From: Negaprion brevirostris
Taxonomy: Eukaryota
Reading direction: 5' to 3'
Length of the DNA: 64,000 nucleotides
NCBI GenBank assembly: GCA_030324005.1
Contig: JARDVH010000133.1
Location: 24,674,527 to 24,738,526 of the forward strand
Shown here: positions 1-10,590 of the stretch, piece by piece
Layout of the letters: every line of letters starts with the position of its first letter
Position numbering within the stretch: the stretch's first letter is position 1
Program-made: the position numbers and the translations under genes
The notes under the pieces: model-generated
The model's database searches: none
Told to the model about the DNA's origin: nothing
The model's input: the letters and a program-made list of their open reading frames with translations, nothing else

Positions 1-599
1 ACAGCCCAACATCATGGATTCCTTGCACTTAGTCTTGTTTGATTTTTAATTGTTGCCCTTGATATTGAGTTGGTGGGAGAAACAAAACCATTTTGCTTGC
101 ACAAACCAGCCAAAATATGGAGAGAGGTTTATATCTGAACCCAGGCTCCAAATTGAAAGCATTCAGCTACAATTCCACTACGTGGCTTTGTCACACTGGA
201 TCATCCCACCTTTATTTTGCTTTGTTGCTATTTTTAACTGACCGATACAGANNNNNNNNNNGTAGTTCTATTCACCATCTCATCTTGTTCTCCTTGGTGC
301 TACCCTGTGCTGGAGCACCAAGTGAATGGTTACCCTTTGCTTGGAGCCACCTGCTCAGTTAATAAGGTGTAAATCTAGACAGCAGAGCTGCCACTGTGCA
401 TAAGAAGTACAAGGTATATCAGGAGTCACTGAGCACAAATATGCCCAACTAAATTGCAAGTTATTTGGTACCACAGGACCGTAGATGTCTTGTGGTGCAG
501 AATTGACAGCTGTTTATATACCAAAAACATTTTTGTTTCCGGCAGGAACCTTTCCGTCAAATTGGGAACATGATAGTGAATTTACTCCTAATCTCACTT

Positions 600-900
600 G
601 GGGTGACACGATGGTACAGTGGTTAGCACAGCTGCCTCACAGCAACCAGGTTTGATTCCCAGTTTGGATCACTATCAGTGCGAAGTCTGCACGTTCTCCC
701 TGTGTCTGCATGGGTTTCCTCCAGGTGCTCTGCTTTCCTCCCATAATCTGAAAGACGTCCTGGTTAATTGCATTGGCCATGATTAAAATTCTCCCTCAAA
801 CCCGAACAGACGCCAGAGTTATGGTGGTTAGGAGATTTTCACAATAACTTCATTGCAGTGCTAATGCAAGCCTATTTGTGACACTAATAAATAAACTTTA
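600..900 (+). mobile_element. V-SINE (HE1-type head/core) with alternative, non-CR1 3' tail
   Basis: tRNA-like head (ggtacagtggttagcacagctgcctcacagc...tttgattccc), V core (tgcacgttctccctgtgtctgcatgggtttcctcc), tail ...aacttcattgcagtgctaatgcaagcctatttgtgacactaataaataaac. Confidence 0.85.
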
Positions 901-1285
901 TACCTTCATATGCCATTTCTAACATGGATCAGTGAAGGGTGATTCAGAGTAGAAAGCATAACTAATGTTTGTACTCTCAAACCCAGAGATGCTGAGGCTA
1001 ATTATCAGGTGCTTACACAGTGAAGCCTTCCATTGTTTGCTGGAGCAGACGAGTGAAGGAGCAGAGAGGCAGATAAGAAATTACCTGTTAAAAACCNNNN
1101 NNNNNNNNNNNNNNNNNNNNNNNNNNNNNNNNNNNNNNNNNNATCTCAGTAATTCCGTGTTTTCCACAGCTAATCCACATACCTAGCACAGCTTTGGACT
1201 TGTTTACTTTGGTTGTTTTTTTTCCAATGTATATAATAGCAGATTTTAACATGGTAGTGCATCAACTGTTCCAACTCTGAGATGA

Positions 1286-1594
1286 GGGCGGCGCAGTGGT
1301 TATCACCACTGCCTCAGAGCGCCAGGGACACGGGTTCAATCCTGGCCGTGGGTGACTGTCTGTGTGGAGTTTGCACATTCGCCCCGTATTTGTGTAGGTT
1401 TTCCTCTGGGTGCTCTGGTTTCCTCCCACAGTCCAAAGGTGTGCGGGTTAGGTTGATTGGCCATGCTAAATTGACCCTAGTGTTGGGGGATTAGCAGGGT
1501 AAATATGAGGGGCTGTGGGAACAGACCCTAGATGGAATTGTGGTCGGTGCAGACCTGATAGGCCGAATGGTCTCCTTCATGGGGATTTTATGAT
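1286..1594 (+). mobile_element. HE1 SINE (tRNA-derived V-SINE, HER1/CR1-type tail)
   Basis: A/B-box head ggcgcagtggttatcacc...gggttcaatcc, V core, tail ggccgaatggtctcctt...ggattttatgat. Confidence 0.9.
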
Positions 1595-3858
1595 GTGTCT
1601 CAAACATTAGCTATTTGAATTATTTTCCTCAGCGGAGTTTTGTCAATCTTGCTCATGTTTGCTGGATACAATTCATTGACGTATGAATTTTATTTCCAAC
1701 ACAGTTGAAGCTGTGTGTCTAAACTGCTATCACTATTAACTGGTCATTCAGTCCTCCTGACCCGCTGATGGAGTATTGAAGGGAGGGAAAGGGAATTTAT
1801 AGCCTCATTGTGTTCTGGTGTCATCCAACCGTTGTGCCCATATATAACCAAACGTTCTGCGAAGCACCCTCTGCTCCTTGATACTGGCTTAGTCCTTTCC
1901 CATAGATGCTCCACCAATCTGATCATTCAGCGACTATATTCCCACCCTCAGGATATACCTTGCTTGTTCATACATTCTCGACTTCTCAGTCGTTTCAAAA
2001 CCATCTGTGCCCACAGCACCTTGCCCCACTTTAATTCTCTCTTGCTTACCCTTCTCCAGATTCAATCTTTTAAATGTAAACTCACCCCAAAGTATGCAAG
2101 GAACGGTGTAGAGACACAAGTTATTTATTTCTAGTGTGAAAGGTGAATAGAAAAGATAAATTATTAACACTTTTTTGGTCGGAGTTTAATGCAGGGAAAA
2201 TAGATAGCTGATGTTCATTGTTCAATACTCAATTTAGAACAGCGTCGTGCATTAAAATTCAGACATTTGGCAGTGCTGAAATTAGCAAATACAGTGATGA
2301 CCCATTGTAAACCATTCTAATATCTTTCCAGATTGCTAATCAGAACAGACTTAGCCCTGTCAGTTTTTGTTAACCTCTGGTGGAAACAGAGATGTGTTCA
2401 ACAAATCTGTTGATTGTCAGGCTTTGCCCAGCAAGCTGTATGGAACGCAACTGATTTGTCAGTGGCCAGTAAAGAGCCTAGCTCTGAAACGATGACAGCA
2501 CAATAACAGTGTGCGCTTTAACACAATCTGCCAATGAGCAGGTCATTGCAACAAAGGAAAAGTAGCAAAGGTTGAAAGGAATGGATCAGGAAATGCAAGG
2601 TCTTCAGGGACAAGAGGATGGAAAATACTGTCCATTAATTGCTATTTTCTGCTTCTGAGTACAATAGCAATTAGCATTTTTGCATATTTCTAAATGGCAA
2701 TTAAATTTTTTTTAGTCATCGTATTTCATACATGTTGTTTAGTGGGGTGGAATTGATTTGCTTAGAGCAAATGCTCCTGATTTATAAATATTAAGCACAG
2801 AACAATGGAAGATTTATTCTTTATGTGTGGGGTGGGTGGCTTGTTGGGGCGAGTGTGGGGATTGATCTTTGTACTGTTACTTACTTTTGTACTGTTGTAC
2901 AATCTTGAGAAAATATTTCCTGGAATAGTTTCAGTATATTTTAGCGAATAGCTATTGAAGACAATAATTATNNNNNNNNNNNNNNNNNNNNNNNTGTAAT
3001 GGAGGCCAGCCTTGCCTGTTGTAATGTATTTTCTGATGTTGGAGTGCATTTGCTAATACAGCCTTGCTTTCATTCTTTCTTGTGTGAGAAAGACTGTTTG
3101 CTTCTGGTCCTGTCCTTCAATTAAGTATTTCCTAAAAAAAATGTTTTTTTTCAACTGGTAATGATGTTAAAAGAACCTGCTTTATATTTATTGGATAACA
3201 TAATTTTTGTGATGCAAATTGCTGCAGTCAGAAAGATTATTATGGGAGTTTCAACTGGCGCCTCGTCTTACTGATTGAATTAGGCTAAGGCAGACATTAA
3301 TTAGAGAACACCAGAGACTGGAGAACTCAGTGCTTTCTAAATGGTGGGAGTGAAAATGGTGCCATTGTAGTTAGGTAATGAACTGTGCTCTCAGACAATG
3401 GTATGCATGTTTTGTTTAGGCTATTTATATTTACTGGCTTATTTTGAATGACTGTATAAAGCAGCAGTCTTTTCCTTTAATTTCTCTTATTGTGAAGCGA
3501 TGAAAAATTGCAAACACTGGCGCTGTGTTTCAACAATTTTTTTTAAAATAAACATTTCTGACGGTTAAGATTTTAAGCTTTTGAACGTTAAGGACTCCAG
3601 GTTCTGAGAGCTTCTGGGTTAATCAGGCCTGGACTGTGCAGAGCACAGCCAGATTGAGGACCAGTGCCACATTTGATTTAAGTTCCTCTGCGGTAGGGAT
3701 GTGGAGGCAAAAGTTGTTGGAGCCCTGGCTTCTGATTCATTGACTTGCTGAACTTAAGTGGATGTTGGTTAAGGACTGGATTGAGTTTGAGTGCTGACTT
3801 TATGGTAAAATAACCTACTGCACTGTCCATACCCAGACACAGGAATGACTACCATTTG

Positions 3859-4202
3859 GATCGTAGAATCCTTACAGTGCAGAGGAGGACATCTGGCCCA
3901 TTGAGTTGGCACTGACTCTTCAACAGAGCATCCCACCCAGGCCCTCACCCCCTGCCCCATCTTCCCAACCCCATACATTTACCACAGTTAATCCATCAAA
4001 CCTACACACCTTGGGACAGTAAGGGGCAATTAAGCATGACCAGTCCACCTAATCTGCATATCTTTGGACTGTGGGAGGAAACTGGTGGAAATCCACGCAG
4101 ACATGGGGAGAATGTGCAAACTCCACACAGACAGTCACCCATGGCCAGAATTGAACGTAGGTCCCTGGCGCTGTGAGGCAGCAGTTTAACCACTGTGCTA
4201 CC
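3859..4202 (-). mobile_element. HE1 SINE
   Basis: Reverse-complement head (ccctggcgctgtgaggcagcagtttaaccactgtgctacc), core and gatcgtagaatc tail. Confidence 0.9.
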
Positions 4203-4272
4203 GGGTTGGTGCAGAGTTAATAATCTGTGGTGCGTCATATCTAAATGTGTAAAATATCTAGCCACTTTCAAT

Positions 4273-4453
4273 AATGGACCTGCCTGACATTAAGTTGATC
4301 TTTCTCTGACCCCCCACCTATGACTATAATACTATATTCTGCACCCTCTCCTTTCCTTCTCTATGAACTGTAAGCTTTGTCTGTATAGTGTGCAAGAAAC
4401 AATACTTTTCATTGTAGACCAATACATATGACAATAAATCAAATCGAATCAAA
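4273..4453 (+). mobile_element. Rex1/Babar-like LINE 3' tail
   Basis: taagttgatctttctct...gcaagaaacaatacttttc...gacaataaatcaaatc, the same tail as the RT-bearing copy at 49335-50080. Confidence 0.75.
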
Positions 4454-6428
4454 AATCAAGGCATTACAAAGAAAATGGAATGAGTTAGGTGATGGGGCAG
4501 GGGGTGAGGGCCTGGGTGGGATGCCCTGTTGGAGGGTCAGTGCGGACTTGATGGGCCGAATATTCTGTTTTGCACTGTAGGGATTCGATTATCCAAACGG
4601 CGGTCATTCCTGTGTCTGGGTATGGACAGTGTAGTAGGTCATTTTATCATAAAGTCAGCACTCAAACTTAATCTGGTCCTTAACCAACACCCACTCAAGC
4701 TCAGCAGGTCAGTCAATCAGAAGCCAGGGCTCCAGCCAGTTTTTGCCTCCATATCCCTACCACAGAGGAACTTAAATCAAATGTGGCACAGGTCTTCAAT
4801 TTGGCTGCGCTCTGCACAGCCCAGCCCTGAATAACCCAGAAACCCTCAGAACCCTGAGCACAGTTCATTACCTGACTACAATGATACCATTTTCACTTTC
4901 ACCACGTGCCTCACGTTGTGTGTGGTGTGGTAGCCCAGCAGTTAAAGGCTTAACATTGTACGCAAACACGTGTGGTACAGAACTGAGTGTCCCTGATAGT
5001 GTTATCTGAAGAAATCGTTCTGGGAAAAGCCAGTTTCTTTCTACACATTGAAGAATTAAGTACTGACTCTTTTAAAGAAATAGAGTCTAGAAAAAATATT
5101 CTGTCAAGTCTGCTTAGAATTCTGCAAGAAAGTATTTTGCTGCCCAAATATCATATGATTCGCTGCATATCTTTTAATGTGATCAGGAATTGAGTGCAGT
5201 AATCCCACTTTTGACATTGCATCAAAATTACAGGCGTTCTTTGGAGTGAGTACTGCTTTGGTGTTGAGATTGTACGAGAGACTGGGTTCAGAATAATGAT
5301 TGCTGTTCATATTTAAAACATTTACTTAGTGAGAATTAACTTTTTTTTTGCTCCTCTGGTATTCCATGTTTTGATTTTAATTTCAGATTTCCCCCGAAAG
5401 AGCGGGTCCTTCTCATTTCACACTTTACACTGCCCTTTCCTCTCCTCCGTGTCGCCCTGACAACTATCCGCAGTGTCTGATGAATGTTTTCATCTTCACT
5501 TGAAAATTATGACTGAAGGAGCAGCCTTAAATGGGACTGTGTGAAGATAGTGTGGGCAGACAATTAACAGAAGTCACTGTTGCATGGATAGATGGGGGAA
5601 TAATGGTGATTAGGCATTTACACAAAAAAGGCATGATGCGGTAATGTACCTTTTTTGAGTCATTACGCAGTCAGGAGCAGACAGCTTTCTATTTATGCAG
5701 CTTCATGGATATCTGTGTCACATGATGCTTCTTTGGGAGTGAACGCTAATGACTGAGTTCATTTATTCCCTCATTCTGTTTCCTCTACCTGCCACTTGGC
5801 AACAATGTGAGCGATTCAATAAAAGACTAAGTCAACAGTACCTGGCCCTGTGGCATTGCTTAAATAATGCAGTTCAAGTCCCCACGCAGAGGCGATGCTC
5901 AGTAACACAGCTCTCATTGTTAAGATGCTTAAGGACGTTAATTTTATGTGGCTGCCTGAAACTGTTCATCACAGAGACTTGTTTAGTGCAAAAATAGGTA
6001 AGGCACGTAAAGTCTGAGTGTGGCAAAAGCCAAGCTCGCACGGTGTAACCACTGCATCTTGTGGCATTTGGCAGTAATTTCTGCTGAGGAATGTCTTTTC
6101 TGTCCTCTGTAAATTCAGTGCTCGGTTGGGGTCTGGGGAGGGGGCAGTGGCATGGCTTAGATATGTGGTTCTAAGACTTGTATGTGTCATGTATGTGTGT
6201 AGTATATTTGTATATCTGTGTGCATACACTATGTCTGATGAAATTTCTTTGTCTGTTCAATTGCCGTAAAATGCACTGTAGGCCCTAGGCTGTAACAGGC
6301 ATTATTTTGGCTTGTATGCTGTGGGCTAGATTCAACTTTAGAGCAACCTTGAATTTTTCTCCCTTTAAAATGATGTTCAAATGAACTAAACCCACAACTT
6401 GGTCACTTGTGCAATAAGATAGAAATTG

Positions 6429-6696
6429 GAATCATAGAATCCCCACAGCGCAGAAGGAGGCCATTCAGCCCATCAAGCTTGCAGTGACAACAATCCCACA
6501 TATTTACCTGCTAATTCCTCTAAGGGACAATTTAGTATGGCCAATCCACCTAACCTGCAGATCGTTGGACTGTGGAGGAAACTGGAGCACCCAGAGGAAA
6601 CCAGGCAGACATGCGTGCAAACACAGTGACCCAAGCTGAGAATCGAACCTAGGGCTCTGGCACTGTGAGGCAGCAATGTTAACCACTGTGCTGCCC
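6429..6696 (-). mobile_element. HE1 SINE
   Basis: gaatcatagaatc tail and reverse-complement core/head. Confidence 0.9.
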
Positions 6697-7069
6697 AATG
6701 TCACTGTCCATTGAAAAGATCAGTCAACATGTCTTTCCTTTTTAAAAAGACCTTGAGCAAAGTGTTCAATTGCTAATTGTTCTAAAAGTTAGGCTGATGT
6801 TTTAAAATTTGTTTTGACCCCTCCTGCACTAATAGGTCTGGCAGTGCTGCTCAACAGAATTGACTGGCAAGAGACTAATTTCCTTCATGTCAAGAAGTTT
6901 CAATACGTTGTTGTTGTATTGGTCTGTGGAAATGTTTGTGGCCCTTCATCTGATTTGGACTCGCTGCCATTACCAGAACAGTTTTAGATGTTCAGTTTCA
7001 GTTATTTCTTCAGATGTTTGCTCAGTGTCACCCAATCTACCCTGTATAACTAATTCCTTAACTGTACAT

Positions 7070-7392
7070 GGGTGGCACAGTGGTTAGCACTGTCGCCTCA
7101 CAGTGCCAGAGACCCAGGTTCAATTCTGGCCTCGGGTCACCGTCTGTATGGAATTTGCATGTATTCCCCGTGTCTGCGTAGGTTTCCTCCAGATGCTTAG
7201 GTTTTCTCCCACAATCCAGAGATGCGCGAATTAGGTTGATTGGCCGTGCTAAAAATTGACCCTAGTGTCAGGGGGATTAGCAGGGTAAATATGTGGGGTT
7301 ATGGGAATAGGGCCTGGGAATAGGGAATTGTGGTTGGCGCAGACTCCGTGGGCCAAAAGGCCACCTTCTGCACCGTAAGCATTCTATGATTC
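7070..7392 (+). mobile_element. HE1 SINE
   Basis: ggtggcacagtggttagcactgtcgcctcacagtgccagagacccaggttcaattc head; attctatgattc tail. Confidence 0.92.
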
Positions 7393-8489
7393 AATATGTT
7401 GGTTAGGCATTGCTACTATTATGTAGTTTTACAACTTCTGCAGCTAAATTCAGTATCGGAAACTGTTGGGAGGCGCAATCTCTCAGGTGTCTTGAGGCAG
7501 CTCTCCTAAAAAACTACAGAACAATTGATCTTGGTTCAATGACCACTTTCATGAGTTTAACTTATGATTTGACAACTGATTTTCTGAAATACCAGTAATC
7601 CTTTTTTGGCATTGGTTGTTGGAACTGTTGTATTCATGATGCAGCATTTCCAAGAGCATTGTGAGTAAAGTTTGTCTCCAACAATAATTGCAAGGCATTT
7701 CTAGACTTCTTCCTCACTAAGACTGAGAGGAGCCAATCAGCTGCTTATCCCTTCTCTCCCTTCCAGTAACCCACTGGTTAAAATTCCCCGCTACCCAAGC
7801 CCTGCACTTCCTCCCATTTTTCTCTTAACCCTTCTCATGCTCTCTCCAAGCTCAACTAGTCCAGACAACCAGTTCCTGCTTTCTCAACACTACTCCCACT
7901 AAACTGTTGACCACCCTTCCAATTCCTGGGCACTGTATTAGCTGATTATTTTTCAATGGTTCTGTCTTTTCATGCACTTCAGTTCACTTCCTTCCAATTT
8001 GTAGTCATCAAGCCACTCCACAAAAAAATCCCCTTGACTGCACCAACCTACTGCCCCATCCCCTTTCCTTTCTTAGTTTTTGAACATGCTGCACCCCCTA
8101 TCTTTTCTCAGAACTTCATGTTTGACCAGACCCAGTTTGATACTGTGGCAGAAATTGGACTAAAGGGATTCAAAGTCTCTAATGACATCCGAGATGTCTG
8201 TGACAAAGATAAACTATCCTTTCTTGATTTTCTTGACCTTTATGCAGTCGTTGACATGTTTGACCACACCATCCTTCAAGCTTCCTCTGCTGTTACCCAG
8301 CTGGGTTGGTGCTACACTCCCCTCCTTATCTATCTAGAAGTAGCTAATATACAACTTACAATGACTTCCCCTTCTACTCCTGTACCAACACCTGTGGCGA
8401 CCCCCAAGAATTAATCCTTGGCTCCCTCATATTCCTCAATCTGTATGTTGACTGGGTGACTTCATCTGAAAACACAGCATGTACACGGA

Positions 8490-8810
8490 GGGGTGGACAG
8501 TGGTTAGTACTGTTGCTTCACAGCTTNNNNNNNNNNTTCAGAAACCCAGGTTTGATTCCCTGTTTGGGTGATTATCTGTGTGGAGCTTGCACATTTGCCC
8601 TGTGTCTGCATGGGTTCCTCCCAGGTGCTCCTCCCAGTCCAAAGATGTGCAGGGTAGGTGGATTGGCCATGTTAAATTGCCCCTTCATGTCAGAGGGATT
8701 AACAGGGTAAATATGTGGGGTTACAGGGATAAGCCTGGGTGGGATTGTGATCGGTGCAGACTCGATGGGCCAAAAGGTCTCCTTCTGCACTGTAGGATCC
8801 TATGATTCTA
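8490..8810 (+). mobile_element. HE1 SINE inserted in L2
   Basis: Head, V core and ggatcctatgattcta tail. Confidence 0.9.
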
Positions 8811-8960
8811 ATTTGGAGCCTTGATTCATGTACACTGGTGATACCCAGTTCCACCCCAGCAGCACCTCATTATCTGCACTTATCAGACTGCTTATCCAAT
8901 AATCCAGTACTGGATGAGTAAGAGTTTCTTCTACTTAAATATTAGGAAGTTTGAAGCCAA

Positions 8961-9097
8961 AGGCATGAATCTTACCACCCTTCATGCAGGCAGGGTTTTC
9001 CCAGCCCCTTGCAGTGAATAGAGATTTGGCTAGGTGCCAAATTCTCTCAACTCACTGCAGTGGGAGTGTGATGTGAATGGTTGGTAAGGTCACGCCC
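8961..9097. mobile_element. MITE (PIF/Harbinger-like)
   Basis: Imperfect TIRs ggcatgaatcttacc...ggtaaggtcacgcc interrupting L2 sequence. Confidence 0.55.
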
Positions 9098-9278
9098 AGA
9101 GCCTTTGCTTCTCACTACAAGCTCTGCTCTCTAGCTGTCAGCTCCATCCCCCTCCCTGGCAACTGGTCTGAGGCTGTCTGCAACCTTAGTGTCATATCTG
9201 ATCTTGAGATGAGCTTCCAACCATATGGCTGTGCAGCTAATTAGATTTAGACTGATGGTTTCCTCCTCGCTATTGTTC

Positions 9279-9712
9279 CATAAGAACGTAAGAAATAGGA
9301 GCAGGAGTAGGCCATCTAGCCCTTCGAGCCTGCCCCGTCATTCAATAAGATCATGGCTGATCTGANNNNNNNNNNNNNNNNNNNNNNNNNNNNNNNNNNN
9401 NNNNNNNNNNNNNNNNNNNNNNNNNNNNNNNNNNNNNNNNNNNNNNNNNNNNNNNNNNNNNNNNNCCAGGTCCTCGCCCACTCGCTCAGCCTATCCAGAT
9501 CCCTCTGCAGACTTTCCACACCCTCCACGCAATTTGCTTTTCTACTCATCTTCATGTCATCAGCAAATTTCGTCACCCTACACTCAGCCCCCACCTCCAG
9601 ATCATCTATGTAAATGGTAAACAGTTGAGGCCCCAGAACCGATCCCTGCGGCACTCCACTAGTCACCGACTGCCAACCAGAGTAGCACCCATTGATTCCA
9701 ACCCATTGGTTC
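9279..9712 (-). mobile_element. HER1/CR1 LINE fragment (RT and 3' end, gapped)
   Basis: ORF 9316-9666 TSGVPQGSVLGPQLFTIYIDDL...KFADD; cataagaac tail. Confidence 0.92.
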
Positions 9713-9993
9713 CTTCAGCTCATTTGCTGCTGTAACCCTCACCTATGCACTTGGCACCTCTAAATTTGACTAATGCAGTGCACTCCTGGCCAGCTTCCAC
9801 ACTCTGCCCTCTAAACCTGAGCTCATCCAAAACTCCCCCCAAGTTTTAATTGCTCTACCATTGGTGGTCATGCTTTCTGCTGTCTCACCCCTAAACTTTG
9901 GAATTCCAGAGGTGGCTCCTTTAAGATCTTCTTAAAACCAACCTCCTTGACCAACCTTTTGGCATTTGTCCCAGTGCCTCCTTAAGTGGCCTG

Positions 9994-10070
9994 GGGTGGA
10001 ATTTTCCTATCCTATCCACCACGGGAATTGTAGCAGGATTTTCTGCCATCGTGGCCAGAAAATCCCACCC
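9994..10070. mobile_element. MITE (PIF/Harbinger-like)
   Basis: TIRs gggtggaattttc...gaaaatcccaccc inside the L2 tail. Confidence 0.6.
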
Positions 10071-10398
10071 TGGTGTTAAATTTGCCTTCGAACATTACTG
10101 TGGAGTCTCTTGAAATGCTATGTTAGAAGAGTCAGACAAAATACAAGTTGTATCCTGACTCAACTTATGCTGAATGCACTAGCCATATTTAGGACCATTT
10201 TAATAGGTAGATTTTCTGATTATTCACAAAGCGATAAATAGGGTGGTGATTGCTTGATGCCAAAGCTTCACCTACTGCACACTTCATTTAATTGATTGAC
10301 CTGTTTTTTTATGTGATGCTGAATTGGAAGTCCCTGAAAATATCACTGAGGTGTTAACGTGATTTTCAGAAATTAAAATCCACCAATATAAAATGGCC

Positions 10399-10590
10399 CA
10401 ACAAAATCAGAAAATGCTGTCAGACCTGCTGAGTTTCTCCAGCATCTGTGGAGAGGGAATAGAGCCAACATTTCGAATCTGGATGACCTTTCGTTAGAGC
10501 TCTCTCCAAAGAAACTGTCAGACCTGCTGAGTCTCTGCAGCATTTTCTGTTTCTGTTTCAGATTCCAGTATCTGCAGTATTTTTGCCTTG
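10399..10590. mobile_element. Penelope-like non-autonomous hairpin element with 14-bp TSD
   Basis: cagaaaatgctg...cagcatctgtggagag / cagcattttctgtttctgtttcagattccagtatctgcagtattt; flanked by AATATAAAATGGCC at 10385-10398 and 10591-10604. Confidence 0.7.

Larger units (their letters stand above)
3595..4858. repeat. Inverted duplication, arms ~3595-3980 and ~4473-4858
   Basis: Arms are reverse complements, e.g. ccatacccagacacaggaatgac vs gtcattcctgtgtctgggtatgg; each has the HE1 3' end plus ~270 bp of flank. Confidence 0.95.
7681..10151 (+). mobile_element. Decayed L2-clade LINE with nested insertions
   Basis: ORF 7956-8414 has FLDLYAVVDMFDHTIL (RT motif LLDLSAAFDTVDH type); L2-type 3' region ctccttgaccaaccttttggc...atacaagttgt. 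Confidence 0.75.
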
